Source: Eubacteriales bacterium
GTDB taxonomy: Bacteria; Bacillota; Clostridia; Oscillospirales; CAG-272
DNA: 42,289 bases
Assembly (NCBI GenBank): GCA_045634705.1
Contig: JAZRAU010000061.1
Coordinates: forward strand, 1-42,289
Direction: 5' to 3'
A model generated the notes under the pieces. It was not told where the DNA came from and did no database searches. It saw only the letters and a list, made by a program, of their open reading frames with translations. The position numbers and the translations under genes were made by a program. How positions within the stretch are numbered: position 1 is the first letter of the stretch; each line of letters starts with the position of its first letter. Below, in pieces: positions 1 to 9,988 of this stretch.

Positions 1-123
1 CCCGATGTTCTCCGCAGGTTCCTTGCCCACACCAGCACCGACACCTCGATTGCCGGCTTCTCGGCCGACTGGAAGCGTGCCTTTGGCGATGTGACACTCC
101 TGGAGCTTCTCGAAAGCAAATAA
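1..123 (+). CDS. 3' end of an unidentified CDS (truncated by the window edge)
   Basis: Frame 1 is open from base 1 (PDVLRRFLAHTSTDTSIAGFSADWKRAFGDVTLLELLESK) to TAA at 121-123, with host-like codon usage and a hairpin downstream. Confidence 0.6.
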   Translation, partial: PDVLRRFLAHTSTDTSIAGFSADWKRAFGDVTLLELLESK

Positions 124-130
124 CCAAAAA

Positions 131-303
131 GGGGCTGTCACATTTAGGCATAACCGAAAAGGAAAAGGGAGTTATACGGCTTTTGCCGTGTAGCTCCCTT
201 TTTGGTATCTTCGTAGTTTGCTTTGATTTGTAGTTGAAAAACCGAGGTTTTTCTGCCGTTTTATTATAGTTCCTTTTCGGTTATGCCTAAATCTGCACGC
301 CCC
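131..303. mobile_element. MITE-like element with a 23-bp subterminal inverted repeat
   Basis: ATTTAGGCATAACCGAAAAGGAA (142-164) and its exact reverse complement (270-292); GGGGC...GCCCC termini; AAAAA on both flanks (126-130, 304-308); no ORF inside. Confidence 0.55.
163..202. terminator. Bidirectional intrinsic terminator-like hairpin
   Basis: AAAAGGGAGTTATACGGC-TTTT-GCCGTGTAGCTCCCTTTT, lying between convergent genes. Confidence 0.65.
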
Positions 304-407
304 AAAAAGGGGATCTCATTAAGAATTCGCTGCTCGCAATGATTTTGCTCTCTTTTTCTCGTTTTTTCTTTGATTTTCTTGAATTCTTAATGAGACACCC
401 CCTTTTT
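304..407. repeat. Second inverted-repeat element (IS-end remnant or MITE-like)
   Basis: AAAAAGGGGATCTCATTAAGAATTC (304-328) versus GAATTCTTAATGAGACACCCCCTTTTT (381-407); 15-bp perfect core. Confidence 0.55.
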
Positions 408-445
408 ATGATTGCCCCCCGGAGGGCGAGAACAAGATTTTCCCT

Positions 446-2968
446 TCACTCGGTGAGCCAGGCGGTGCCCTGCGTGATCTCCACGGTCAGCGGCACCGAA
501 AGGGCGGCGGCCCCCTCCATTTCCTCACGGAGGATAAGGGCGGCGCGCTCGGCGTCCTTTTTGTGCGCCTCCACGATCAGCTCGTCATGCACCTGCAAAA
601 TGAGGTGCGCGTCCAGCCCCTCCTCGGCAAGGCGGCGGTGGACGGAGATCATTGCGCGCTTGATGATGTCGGCAGCGGTGCCCTGGATCGGGCTGTTCAT
701 CGCCACACGCTTGCCGAATTGACGGACGGGATATTGCGATGCCGTCAGCTCGGGAATATAGCGGCGGCGCCCAAAGAGCGTTTCGGTGTAGCCGGTCTCC
801 TCGGCTCCCGCAACGGCTCTCTCCAGGTAGTCCTTCACACGGGGGAACTCGGCAAAATACGCCTCCATATACTCGCCCGCATCCTTGACGGAGATCGCAA
901 GGTCGGCCGCCAGCGAGAAGGCTGAGATGCCGTACACAATGCCAAAGCTGACCGCTTTGGCCCGGCTACGCAGCTCGGGCGTGACCTCGCTCTCGGGGAC
1001 GCGGAAGGCGGCTGCGGCGGTACGGGTGTGAATGTCGGCTCCCTCGCGGTAGGCGGCGATCATGGTTTCGTCCCCCGCCATGTGGGCAAGCAGGCGCAGC
1101 TCGATCTGCGAGTAGTCGGCATCGATGAGGAGATAGTCCTCGCCTTTTGTAATGAAATGTTTACGAAAACGGCTGCCAAGCTCGGTACGTATCGGGATAT
1201 TTTGCAAATTCGGCTCGGCGGAGGACAGGCGGCCCGTCTTGGTTTCGGCCTGCTTGAAGTCGCTGTGGATGAAGCCGCGCTCGTCTGCGGCCTTCAAAAG
1301 CCCCTGCGCGTAGGTCGAGCGGAGCTTGGTGATCTGACGGAATTTCAGCACGGCATCCACAATGGGGTGCAGGTGACGGATCGCGCCCAGAATGTCGGCA
1401 TCCGTGGAATAGGCGCCCGTCTTTTTCTTCTTGGGGTAGGGCAGGGCCAGTCGGTCAAACAGTACCTCGCCCAGCTGCTTCGGGGAGTTGATGTTAAAGG
1501 CAATGCCCGCCATTTCGGTAATGGTGTTGCCAAGGAGATCCGCGGCGGCGTGAAGCTCTTTGTCAAAGGCGGCAAGCCCCTCGGTGTCCACGCAAAAGCC
1601 CTCGGCCTCCATGTCGGCAAGCACCGGCACCAACGGGAGCTCCATGTCGGTGAGAACGTGTGCACAGCCCGCCTCGGCCAGCTTTTTGTCGAGGTGCGCG
1701 GAAAGTGCCAGAAGGTGGTGGGCGGTGGGAGCCTCGGGCGGAAGATCCGCGCCGAGATAAGCGGCGATAAGACCGTGCTCGCTAAGATGACCTCCGCTGG
1801 GATCGTCCACATAGGCCGCCAGCATCACGTCGTAGGGCGGCACGGCGGGACGGATTCCCTCGGCACGGAGGCGGTGGTACCAAGCCTTTGCATCGTAAAC
1901 GATCAGTGGCTGCGCAGAGGCAAAGAGGGGGGCAAGGTCGCAAAGCGGACCGCGGTACAGGAGGAGCTTATCCTCGGTGGCCACGGCAAGGCCCTTGGCG
2001 GTCAGGGAAAGCGCCACGCGCTCGCGGGGGAGGGAAAGCACAGCGGCGGCATCGCCCTCGGTGGCGGTAGGGGCGTCGTCCGCGGGGGCGGCACAGTCGC
2101 AAACGCTTTCAAGACCGAGCCGTGTGATGAGCTGAAAGAATTCGTACTTCACGCACACGTCGTGCATTCTGGCGCGGTCGGGGCCGCGGTACGCAAGGTC
2201 GGCAAGCGTCGTCTCGATCGGGGCGTGCACGTCGATCGTGGCCAAAAAGCGCGAAAGGTAAGCCATGTCGCGGTCGCGGAGTAGCTTTTCACGCACGCCC
2301 TTGGTAATGGTGGGCGAGTCAATGGCCTCATATACGCCGTCAAGTGTTCCGAATTCGGCAATCAGCCTGTGTGCTGTCTTTTCGCCGATGCCCGCAACCC
2401 CGGGAATGTTGTCCGAGGAGTCGCCCATAAGGGCCTTGGCCTCAATGAGGCCTGCGGGCGGGAAGCCGTATTTTTCAAAAAAGAGGTCGCTGTCGTAGCA
2501 GAGCGTTTCCTTATTGCCGATCAGGAGCACACGGATCTTATCGTCGATCAGCTGCAAGAGGTCGCGGTCGCCCGTCAGAATGTAGGCAGTCACCTCCTGC
2601 TCGGTGTGGGCAAGGCGAGCCAGTGTTCCTTGAAGATCGTCCGCCTCGTAGCCCTCCAGCTCCAGCACGGGGATCCCCATGGCGGAAAGGCACTCCTTTG
2701 CATAGGGGAACTGCTCACGTAGCTCGTCGGGGGCGGGCTTGCGGTTGGCCTTATAGGCCTCGTACGCCTTCTTGCGGAAGGTGGGGGCGGGCAGGTCAAA
2801 GGTCACGGCGGCAAAATCGGGGTGCAGGGCATCGATCTGCTTTTGTAGGATCGAGAGCATGCCGTACACCGCGTTGGTGTTTTTTCCGTCGCGTGTGGTT
2901 AGGGGGCGGATGCCGTAAAAGGCGCGGTTCAGGGTGCTGTTTCCGTCAACGATCAAGAGCTTCTTCAT
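446..2968 (-). CDS. polA: DNA polymerase I
   Basis: 5'-3' exonuclease N-terminus (LLIVDGNS, EADD, GDSSDNIPGVAGIG); polymerase motifs TGRLSSAEPNLQNIP, ADYSQIELR, FGIVYG, LQVHDEL; start moved to ATG 2968, which follows AGGAGG. Confidence 0.97.
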   Translation of the reverse strand: MKKLLIVDGNSTLNRAFYGIRPLTTRDGKNTNAVYGMLSILQKQIDALHPDFAAVTFDLPAPTFRKKAYEAYKANRKPAPDELREQFPYAKECLSAMGIPVLELEGYEADDLQGTLARLAHTEQEVTAYILTGDRDLLQLIDDKIRVLLIGNKETLCYDSDLFFEKYGFPPAGLIEAKALMGDSSDNIPGVAGIGEKTAHRLIAEFGTLDGVYEAIDSPTITKGVREKLLRDRDMAYLSRFLATIDVHAPIETTLADLAYRGPDRARMHDVCVKYEFFQLITRLGLESVCDCAAPADDAPTATEGDAAAVLSLPRERVALSLTAKGLAVATEDKLLLYRGPLCDLAPLFASAQPLIVYDAKAWYHRLRAEGIRPAVPPYDVMLAAYVDDPSGGHLSEHGLIAAYLGADLPPEAPTAHHLLALSAHLDKKLAEAGCAHVLTDMELPLVPVLADMEAEGFCVDTEGLAAFDKELHAAADLLGNTITEMAGIAFNINSPKQLGEVLFDRLALPYPKKKKTGAYSTDADILGAIRHLHPIVDAVLKFRQITKLRSTYAQGLLKAADERGFIHSDFKQAETKTGRLSSAEPNLQNIPIRTELGSRFRKHFITKGEDYLLIDADYSQIELRLLAHMAGDETMIAAYREGADIHTRTAAAAFRVPESEVTPELRSRAKAVSFGIVYGISAFSLAADLAISVKDAGEYMEAYFAEFPRVKDYLERAVAGAEETGYTETLFGRRRYIPELTASQYPVRQFGKRVAMNSPIQGTAADIIKRAMISVHRRLAEEGLDAHLILQVHDELIVEAHKKDAERAALILREEMEGAAALSVPLTVEITQGTAWLTE

Positions 2969-3884
2969 CGCTGTCCTCCTCCGCGTCCTCGGCGATCTCT
3001 CCGATCTCGGCGGCATTTGCGCCCGCGTCGGCGGTAAAGTCGGTAATGTATTGCCCCTCGGCTGTCTCGGCGCGCAGAGCCGAGAGGAACGCCGCCACAA
3101 GGCGGGAGGTGGCGTACAGAAGCACGCCCAGCATCACAAAGTCGGGCATCGTATGGCCGAGCAGGGGGGTACCGCGTACGGCGTGGTAAACGAGGTTCGG
3201 CAGACACAGCGCGGCCGTGAGGATCACGGTGACGGCCGTCACGCAGGTGTGAAGTGCCCACTTGGCGCGTGCAAGCGCGATCCGCGCCTCGCCAAGGAAG
3301 AAGAAGGAGACCGAGATCCAGGCGGCAATGGCCAGTGCCTTGTTCGGCTCATTGATCTTAATGGACGGATCCAAGTAGAGGCGGAGCGCATAAAGGAGGC
3401 CCGCCACCGCCACCGAGAGTGTCAGCATCGCCCGCAAGGTACCCACCGAGCTTCCGTCATTGGCACGCACCGCAAAGAGCAGAGCTCCCACAAGGGCGGC
3501 CACCGCGGTAAGGAGAGCGACCACCGTGGCGAGGGGGAGCGCTGCGGGATCGTAAAGGTCTCCTATGGCCGAAACGGTCACAGTCACCGAAAAGAATACC
3601 AGGGCAATGCCAAGGTAGATGCCCGAAAAGAGCGTGGGCAGGTCGCGGTAATCGGTAGCGGCCACAAAAAAGCCGCGCAGCTCATGCGTAAGAATGGCCA
3701 ACACCGCGATCACCGTCACAAGGATCGCCGCCAAGGCGATGGGGAGGGCGGGCCTATTAAAATAGCCGAGCGCGGCATCGTACTCCGTAAAGAGCGCCAC
3801 CGACCGCAGGACAATGGCCACCGCGGCAACGATCGGAGCGGTAAGAAGATACAAGAGATAGGTATGCTTTTGGTTTTTTGACAT
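2946..3884 (-). CDS. Polytopic membrane protein of unknown function
   Basis: 312-aa ORF with about 8 hydrophobic segments and an acidic tail; AAGGAAG RBS; overlaps the polA start. Confidence 0.8.
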   Translation of the reverse strand: MSKNQKHTYLLYLLTAPIVAAVAIVLRSVALFTEYDAALGYFNRPALPIALAAILVTVIAVLAILTHELRGFFVAATDYRDLPTLFSGIYLGIALVFFSVTVTVSAIGDLYDPAALPLATVVALLTAVAALVGALLFAVRANDGSSVGTLRAMLTLSVAVAGLLYALRLYLDPSIKINEPNKALAIAAWISVSFFFLGEARIALARAKWALHTCVTAVTVILTAALCLPNLVYHAVRGTPLLGHTMPDFVMLGVLLYATSRLVAAFLSALRAETAEGQYITDFTADAGANAAEIGEIAEDAEEDSDEEALDR

Positions 3885-4139
3885 AACAATCTTCCTTTTT
3901 ATTTATATAAGGGGAGCCTCTGCGCCCTTGATGGCTTGGAGGGGCCTTACAGTCTTACCCTTATTGTACTTTCCATTTGTGAACGGAATGTAAACAATAG
4001 CGCCGCGGTGACAAAAAAAGAGAAGAAATGACCAAAAAAATGCTCGTTTTCCTTGTTTTTGTTCAAGTTGCACAAAAATGGCGAGAAAAATTCTATGAAA
4101 TTTCTACGCACATTTTTCAAGAATTTTTTGCCTTCGGAC

Positions 4140-4168
4140 TTGCAATTTACGCCACTATTATGTATAAT
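4140..4168 (+). promoter_or_regulatory. SigA-type promoter of the S10 operon
   Basis: TTGCAA-17 nt-TATAAT. Confidence 0.8.
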
Positions 4169-4179
4169 AGTAGGGCTTG

Positions 4180-4372
4180 ATGTGCGATGAAGCGAAAGGT
4201 TGCTACCGCCCCTGGGTAGGGAATTTTCGTGGAGTATGTCCGAATAACCGGGCGAAGTCGATGTGTGAAGGGAACACACCGCCTTGCCGTTTCCGGAATT
4301 GCGTGAAAGCAATCCGGCTTCTTTCGGGAGGCCAAAGGAACGCGCGGCAGGGTGTTAACAATGACAGCCCTC
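4180..4372 (+). ncRNA. Structured S10 (rpsJ) operon 5' leader, putative ribosomal-protein leader
   Basis: GATGAAGCGAAAGGTTGC...TTTTCGTGGAG...GGGCGA resembles the Firmicutes rpsJ leader as I recall it; additional stems at 4281-4353. Confidence 0.55.
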
Positions 4373-4401
4373 CAAAATTATTAAAAGGAGGAAATCCAAC
4401 C

Positions 4402-4710
4402 ATGGCAAACGCAAAAATCAGAGTTCGTCTCAAGAGCTACGATCACACACTGGTGGACGCCGCCGCGGCTAAGGTCGTGGAGGTCGCCAAGAGAAACGGC
4501 AGCGCCGTTTCGGGCCCCATTCCGCTGCCCACCGAGCGCGAGATCGTGACCATTCTGCGCGCCGTCCACAAGTACAAGGACAGCCGTGAGCAGTTTGAGA
4601 CCCGCACTCACAAGCGTCTTATCGACATTCAGAACCCCCAGTCGAAGACGGTTGAGGCCCTGATGAGCCTCGAGCTGCCTGCCGGTGTCGAGATCGACAT
4701 CAAGGCATAA
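4402..4710 (+). CDS. rpsJ: 30S ribosomal protein S10
   Basis: [34 protein letters not shown]; AGGAGG RBS. Confidence 0.98.
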   Translation: MANAKIRVRLKSYDHTLVDAAAAKVVEVAKRNGSAVSGPIPLPTEREIVTILRAVHKYKDSREQFETRTHKRLIDIQNPQSKTVEALMSLELPAGVEIDIKA

Positions 4711-4795
4711 CTTAGTTTCTCTACCACTTCTTGTGGTCACGTTGGCGTTCCGCCCCGCGGAAAATTCAAACGTCAACCAATAACCAGGAGGAAAA

Positions 4796-5425
4796 ATGAA
4801 AAAAGGCATTATCGGTAAAAAGCTGGGCATGACTCAGATTTTCGATGAAGTCGGAAATGTCATCCCCGTTACCCTGATCGAGGCCGGTCCCTGCCCCATC
4901 GCGCAGAAGAAGACCGCTGAGGTTGACGGGTACGAAGCTCTGCAGCTTGCGTTTGCGGATTGCAGAGAGAAGGTCGTTTCGGCTCCCGAGCTCGGCCACC
5001 TCAAGAAGGCCGGCATCGGTGCGAAGAAGCACCTCAAGGAGTTCCGCCTTGACGATTGCAGCGCGTACAACGTTGGTGATGTCGTGTCTGTCGATACCTT
5101 CGCCGCAGGCGACAAGGTCGACATTACGGGCACTTCAAAGGGCCACGGCTACACGGGCGCGATCAAGAGATGGAACCTGCACAAGCTGAGAATGACCCAC
5201 GGCGTGGGCCCTGTCCACCGTCAGTCGGGCTCGATGGGTGTTATCGACCCTGCGAGAATTTTCAAGAACAAGAAGATGGCCGGTCAGTACGGTAACGAGC
5301 AGGTGACGATCCAGAACCTTGCCGTTGTCAAGATCGATGCCGAGAAGAACCTCATCGCAGTGAAGGGCGCCGTTCCCGGTGCTAAGGGCGGCATCGTCTT
5401 CATTCGCGATTCGGTGAAAGCATAA
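4796..5425 (+). CDS. rplC: 50S ribosomal protein L3
   Basis: GKKLGMTQIF, SKGHGYTGAIKRW, VKGAVPG; operon order. Confidence 0.98.
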   Translation: MKKGIIGKKLGMTQIFDEVGNVIPVTLIEAGPCPIAQKKTAEVDGYEALQLAFADCREKVVSAPELGHLKKAGIGAKKHLKEFRLDDCSAYNVGDVVSVDTFAAGDKVDITGTSKGHGYTGAIKRWNLHKLRMTHGVGPVHRQSGSMGVIDPARIFKNKKMAGQYGNEQVTIQNLAVVKIDAEKNLIAVKGAVPGAKGGIVFIRDSVKA

Positions 5426-5443
5426 CGGAAGGAGGAAGTTAGA

Positions 5444-6067
5444 ATGCCTACTATGAAAGTTATGGATATGACGGGTAAAGAGGTCGGCTCGATCGAGCTG
5501 TCCGAAAAGGTGTTCGGCGCCGAGGTCAACGGTGCGCTCCTTCATACCGCTGTCAGAACCTATCTTATGAACCAGCGTCAGGGCACGCAGTCCACCCTCA
5601 CCCGCAGTGAGGTCTCGGGCGGCGGTAAGAAGCCCTGGAAGCAGAAGGGCACCGGCAGAGCGAGACAGGGTTCCACCCGTTCTCCTCAGTGGGTCCACGG
5701 CGGTATCGCCCTCGGCCCGAAGCCCCGTTGCTACCGTCTCACGATGAACAAGAAAGCGAGAAGAGCCGCGATGTTCAGCGCCTTCTCCTCCAAGGTGGCC
5801 GCCGGCGAGATGATCGTTGTCAACTCGATCGCCGCTGCCGAGTACAAAACCAAGACCATGACCGCGATGCTTGAGGCCCTTGGTGCCGGCAAGCGTGCGC
5901 TCATCGTCCTTCCCGAGGTCGACAAGATCGTCGTGAAGAGCTGCGCCAACATTCCCGGCGTCAAGACCGCGGTCTGCAACGCGCTCAGCGTTTACGACAT
6001 CCTCAACTGCGATACCTTCATCGTGGCAGAGGCGGCCGTTAAGAAGATCGAGGAGGTTTATGCCTAA
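5444..6067 (+). CDS. rplD: 50S ribosomal protein L4
   Basis: RSEVSGGGKKPWKQKGTGRARQGS. Confidence 0.98.
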   Translation: MPTMKVMDMTGKEVGSIELSEKVFGAEVNGALLHTAVRTYLMNQRQGTQSTLTRSEVSGGGKKPWKQKGTGRARQGSTRSPQWVHGGIALGPKPRCYRLTMNKKARRAAMFSAFSSKVAAGEMIVVNSIAAAEYKTKTMTAMLEALGAGKRALIVLPEVDKIVVKSCANIPGVKTAVCNALSVYDILNCDTFIVAEAAVKKIEEVYA

Positions 6068-6360
6068 TGAAAAGCATTGAGAACGTCATCGTCAGACCTC
6101 TGATCACCGAGAAGAGCATGGCGGCCATTGCCGAGAAGCGTTACGTCTTCGAGGTGGCCAAGGATGCGACCAAGGCGGACATCGCCGCGGCCGTGGAAGC
6201 TATGTTCGGCGTTGAGGTTGCGAGCGTAAACACCATCAACATGAAGAAGAAGCCCAAGCGCCTCGGCGTCCACATGGGCTACACCAGCGAGTGGAAGAAA
6301 GCCATTGTCACCCTTACCGAGGGCTCCAAGACGATCGCCTTCTTCGACAGCATGAACTGA
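6067..6360 (+). CDS. rplW: 50S ribosomal protein L23
   Basis: RPLITEKS, WKKAIVTL; operon order. Confidence 0.97.
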   Translation: MKSIENVIVRPLITEKSMAAIAEKRYVFEVAKDATKADIAAAVEAMFGVEVASVNTINMKKKPKRLGVHMGYTSEWKKAIVTLTEGSKTIAFFDSMN

Positions 6361-6376
6361 GAGGAGGTAACGAAGA

Positions 6377-7207
6377 ATGGCAACGTTTAAGTACAATCCT
6401 ACCACTCCGTCGCGCAGACATATGTCGGCGCCCTCCTTTGAGGAAGTTACCAAGTTTGAGCCCGAGAAGTCGCTCCTTGCCACCAAGAAGAAGAACGCGG
6501 GCCGTAACAGCTACGGTAAGATCACCGTCCGTCACAAGGGCGGCGGAAACCGTCAGAAGTACCGTCTTGTCGATTTCAAGCGTCAGAACTCTTCTCCCGC
6601 CACCGTCGTTGGTGTTGAGTACGACCCCAACCGTACGGCCTATATCGCGCTCCTGCAGCACGAGGACGGCAAGAAGAACTACGTGATCGCCACCGCGGGC
6701 CTGCGTGACGGTGACGTCATCTACTCGGGTCCCGATGCCGACATCAAGGTCGGTAATACCCTCCCGATCGAGAACATCCCGGTCGGTACCTTCATTAATA
6801 ATATTGAGCTTTACCCCGGCAAGGGCGCTCAGCTTGTCCGCTCCGCCGGCGCCGCCGCCCAGCTGATGGCTAAGGAGAACGGCGTGGCTCAGGTTCGTCT
6901 GCCCTCCGGTGAGGTCCGCATCGTCCGTCTGGACTGCAAGGCGACCATCGGTCAGGTCGGTAACATCGAGCATGACACCGTCAAGCTCGGTAAGGCCGGT
7001 AAGACCCGTCACAAGGGCATCCGTCCTACCGTCCGCGGCTCGGTCATGAACCCCTGCGATCACCCCCACGGTGGTGGTGAGGGTAAGTCGCCCATCGGCC
7101 GTCCCGGCCCTGTAACTCCTTGGGGCAAGCCCGCCCTCGGTTACAAGACCCGCGACCGCAAGGCCAGGACCGATAAGTTCATCGTGAAGCGCAGAAATGC
7201 GAAATAA
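6377..7207 (+). CDS. rplB: 50S ribosomal protein L2
   Basis: [26 protein letters not shown]. Confidence 0.99.
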   Translation: MATFKYNPTTPSRRHMSAPSFEEVTKFEPEKSLLATKKKNAGRNSYGKITVRHKGGGNRQKYRLVDFKRQNSSPATVVGVEYDPNRTAYIALLQHEDGKKNYVIATAGLRDGDVIYSGPDADIKVGNTLPIENIPVGTFINNIELYPGKGAQLVRSAGAAAQLMAKENGVAQVRLPSGEVRIVRLDCKATIGQVGNIEHDTVKLGKAGKTRHKGIRPTVRGSVMNPCDHPHGGGEGKSPIGRPGPVTPWGKPALGYKTRDRKARTDKFIVKRRNAK

Positions 7208-7225
7208 GCGGAAGGAGACAGAAAT

Positions 7226-7507
7226 ATGAGCAGAAGCTTGAAGAAAGCCCCCTACGTTAAGGCGGACCTTTACAACAAGGTTGCGGCCATGAACGAGAAG
7301 GGCGAGAAAAAGGTTGTCAAGACCTGGTCGCGTGCCTCCACCGTTTTCCCGGAGTTTGTCGGGCACACGATTGCCGTGCACGACGGCAGAAAGCACGTTC
7401 CGGTGTATATCACCGAGGATATGGTTGGTCATAAGCTCGGGGAGTTTGCTCCCACCCGTACCTTCAAGGGCCACGCGGGCTCCAAGACCTCCAACAACGG
7501 TAAATGA
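7226..7507 (+). CDS. rpsS: 30S ribosomal protein S19
   Basis: [20 protein letters not shown]. Confidence 0.98.
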   Translation: MSRSLKKAPYVKADLYNKVAAMNEKGEKKVVKTWSRASTVFPEFVGHTIAVHDGRKHVPVYITEDMVGHKLGEFAPTRTFKGHAGSKTSNNGK

Positions 7508-7524
7508 AAGGAGAGCGACATAGA

Positions 7525-7875
7525 ATGGAAGCTAAGGTTGCAAAAGCATATCTCAAATATGTCAGAATTTCTCCTCGCAAGGTCAAGATCGTCCTCGATC
7601 TTATCCGTGGCAAGGACACCGATACCGCTATGGCGATCCTTCAGCACACTCCCAAGAGCGCTTCCGAGCCCCTTGTGAAGCTGCTGAAGAGCTGCGTTGC
7701 CAACGCGGAGCACAATTTCGGGATGGACGCGAACAGCCTCTATATCTCGGAGTGCTTTGTTTGCCCCGGCCCCACCCTCAAGAGAGTGATGCCGAGAGCG
7801 CAGGGCAGAGCGTTCAGAATTTTGAAGAGAACCAGCCATGTGACGATGGCAGTCAAGGAAAAGGAGGTCGGCTGA
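7525..7875 (+). CDS. rplV: 50S ribosomal protein L22
   Basis: [23 protein letters not shown]; start at ATG 7525 after AAGGAG. Confidence 0.97.
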   Translation: MEAKVAKAYLKYVRISPRKVKIVLDLIRGKDTDTAMAILQHTPKSASEPLVKLLKSCVANAEHNFGMDANSLYISECFVCPGPTLKRVMPRAQGRAFRILKRTSHVTMAVKEKEVG

Positions 7876-7876
7876 T

Positions 7877-8656
7877 ATGGGACAGAAGGTCAATCCCCAC
7901 GGTCTGCGCGTTGGCGTGATCAAGAATTGGGATTCCAGATGGTTTGTCAGTGACGAGGAATTCGGCGATACGCTGGTTTCCGACTACAACATCAGAGAGT
8001 ATCTGAAGAAGAAGCTTCAGGCAGCCGGCTGCCCGAAGTTCGAGATCGAGCGTGACAGAAGCCGCGTGCGCGTCTTCGTCCACTGCGCCAAGCCCGGTAT
8101 GGTCATCGGTCGTGGCGGCGTCGAGATCGAGAAGCTCCGTGTGGAGCTTGAGGCGATGGTGGGCCGTCCCGTTATCGTCAACGTTGTCGAGATCCGCAAT
8201 CCCGACATCAACGCTCAGCTTGTGGCTGAGAGCATTGCCGCTCAGCTTGAGAAGCGTACCTCCTTCCGCCGCGCAATGAAGCAGGCCATCGGCCGCACCA
8301 TGCGTCTTGGCGCCAAGGGTATCAAGGTTTCGTGCAGCGGCCGTCTCGGCGGCGCTGAGATCGCCCGTACCGAGCATTATCACGAGGGCACCATTCCGCT
8401 TCAGACGCTCCGTGCTGACATTGAGTACGGCTTCTGGGAGGCCAACACCACCTACGGTAAGATCGGCATCAAGGTGTGGATCTACAAGGGTGAGTCCCTT
8501 GCCGAGGCCACCGACCGCGCCGAGCGCCCTGCGCGCCCCGACAGACGCCCCCGCCGCAACGATCGTGCCGGTGGCGGCCGCCGTCCTGCCGGTAACGGCG
8601 AAGGCAGAGGTCCCCGCCGCGACAACCGTAGAAGAGCAGAGGAGGGAACCAACTAA
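7877..8656 (+). CDS. rpsC: 30S ribosomal protein S3
   Basis: [23 protein letters not shown]; Arg/Gly-rich C-terminal tail. Confidence 0.98.
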   Translation: MGQKVNPHGLRVGVIKNWDSRWFVSDEEFGDTLVSDYNIREYLKKKLQAAGCPKFEIERDRSRVRVFVHCAKPGMVIGRGGVEIEKLRVELEAMVGRPVIVNVVEIRNPDINAQLVAESIAAQLEKRTSFRRAMKQAIGRTMRLGAKGIKVSCSGRLGGAEIARTEHYHEGTIPLQTLRADIEYGFWEANTTYGKIGIKVWIYKGESLAEATDRAERPARPDRRPRRNDRAGGGRRPAGNGEGRGPRRDNRRRAEEGTN

Positions 8657-9081
8657 TGTTGATGCCTAAGAGAGTAAAGTACAGACGCGTTCAGCGCGGC
8701 CGTATGAAGGGTAAGGCTACCCGCGGCAACACGCTGTCGCACGGTTCCTACGGCATTGTTGCTCTGGAACCCGCTTGGATCACCAGCAACCAGATCGAGG
8801 CTGCCCGTATCGCTATGACGCGTTACACCAAGCGTGGCGGTCAGGTCTGGATCAAGATCTTCCCCGATAAGCCGATCACCGAGAAGCCGGCCGAAACCCG
8901 AATGGGTTCCGGTAAGGGCTCGCCCGAGTACTGGGTTGCGGTCGTGAAGCCCGGCCGTATCCTCTTTGAGATGGACGGCGTTGCGGAAGATGTCGCTAAA
9001 GAGGCAATGCGCCTTGCTATGCATAAGCTTCCTATCAAGTGTAAGTTTATCAGCAAGAGCGACGAAGCAGTGGAGGGTTAA
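8656..9081 (+). CDS. rplP: 50S ribosomal protein L16
   Basis: [17 protein letters not shown]. Confidence 0.98.
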   Translation: MLMPKRVKYRRVQRGRMKGKATRGNTLSHGSYGIVALEPAWITSNQIEAARIAMTRYTKRGGQVWIKIFPDKPITEKPAETRMGSGKGSPEYWVAVVKPGRILFEMDGVAEDVAKEAMRLAMHKLPIKCKFISKSDEAVEG

Positions 9082-9084
9082 GCC

Positions 9085-9273
9085 GTGAAAGTAAAGGAAT
9101 TGAGAGAGCTTTCCGTCGAACAGCTCGAAAAGAAGCTTACTGAACTGAAAAGCGAATTGTTCAACCTCCGCTTCCAGCTTGCGATCAATCAGCTCGAAAA
9201 TCCGAACAGGATCCCCGAGGTCAGACACGACATCGCACGCGTTATGACTCTTCTCCGTGAGAAGAACGTCTGA
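9085..9273 (+). CDS. rpmC: 50S ribosomal protein L29
   Basis: ELFNLRFQLA, DIARVMT; GTG start. Confidence 0.96.
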   Translation: MKVKELRELSVEQLEKKLTELKSELFNLRFQLAINQLENPNRIPEVRHDIARVMTLLREKNV

Positions 9274-9288
9274 GGGAGGTAGAAGAAA

Positions 9289-9546
9289 ATGACCGAACGT
9301 AATCTTAGAAAAACCAGAGTCGGTAAGGTCGTCAGCACCAAAATGGATAAGACGATCGTGGTCGCCATTGAGGACAACGTCCGTCACCCCAAGTACGGCA
9401 AGATCCTGAAGCGCACCGTGAAGCTCCACGCCCATGATGCGGAGAACGTCTGCACCGTCGGCGATAAGGTTTCCGTGATGGAGACAAGACCTCTCTCGGC
9501 TACGAAGAGATGGCGTCTTGTCGAGATCATCGAGAAGGCGAAGTAA
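9289..9546 (+). CDS. rpsQ: 30S ribosomal protein S17
   Basis: [19 protein letters not shown]. Confidence 0.97.
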   Translation: MTERNLRKTRVGKVVSTKMDKTIVVAIEDNVRHPKYGKILKRTVKLHAHDAENVCTVGDKVSVMETRPLSATKRWRLVEIIEKAK

Positions 9547-9604
9547 GTTCCAAAGTTAACAGTAGGTAGGTCAAAAAGCTTACCGAAGATAGGAGGAAAC
9601 GTAA

Positions 9605-9973
9605 GTGATTCAGCAACAGTCATTGATGAAGGTCGCCGACAATACCGGCGCCAAAGAGCTGATGTGCATTCGCGTTCTCGGTGGTTCCGGCCGCCGCTAC
9701 GCGGGCATCGGTGATATCGTCGTGGCGTCTGTCAAGAAGGCAGCCCCCGGCGGCATGGTCAAGAAGGGTGACGTTGTGAAGGCTGTCCTCGTGAGAACTG
9801 TGAACGGTGTCCGTCGTGCCGACGGCTCCTACCTCAAGTTCGACGAGAACTCCGCCGTCATTCTTAAGGATGATAACACGCCTAAGGGTACGCGTATCTT
9901 TGGGCCTGTGGCCAGAGAGCTCCGCGATAAGGATTTCACCAAGATCCTCTCGCTCGCTCCTGAAGTACTGTGA
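9605..9973 (+). CDS. rplN: 50S ribosomal protein L14
   Basis: [28 protein letters not shown]; GTG start. Confidence 0.98.
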   Translation: MIQQQSLMKVADNTGAKELMCIRVLGGSGRRYAGIGDIVVASVKKAAPGGMVKKGDVVKAVLVRTVNGVRRADGSYLKFDENSAVILKDDNTPKGTRIFGPVARELRDKDFTKILSLAPEVL

Positions 9974-9988
9974 TCGGAGGTATCGACG

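Noticed and set aside
126-407. CRISPR array or tRNA/ncRNA gene
   Set aside because: The repeats are inverted rather than regularly spaced direct repeats; no cloverleaf and no cas genes
2969-3100. 44-aa N-terminal extension of PolA in the ORF track
   Set aside because: Homology and the RBS point to ATG 2968; the extension lies inside the upstream gene
3905-3965. Possible riboswitch upstream of the membrane-protein/polA unit
   Set aside because: An imperfect hairpin is present, but no known aptamer motif or expression platform is recognisable
4177-4401. 75-aa N-terminal extension of S10
   Set aside because: It is the structured 5' leader; the true start is ATG 4402 after AGGAGG
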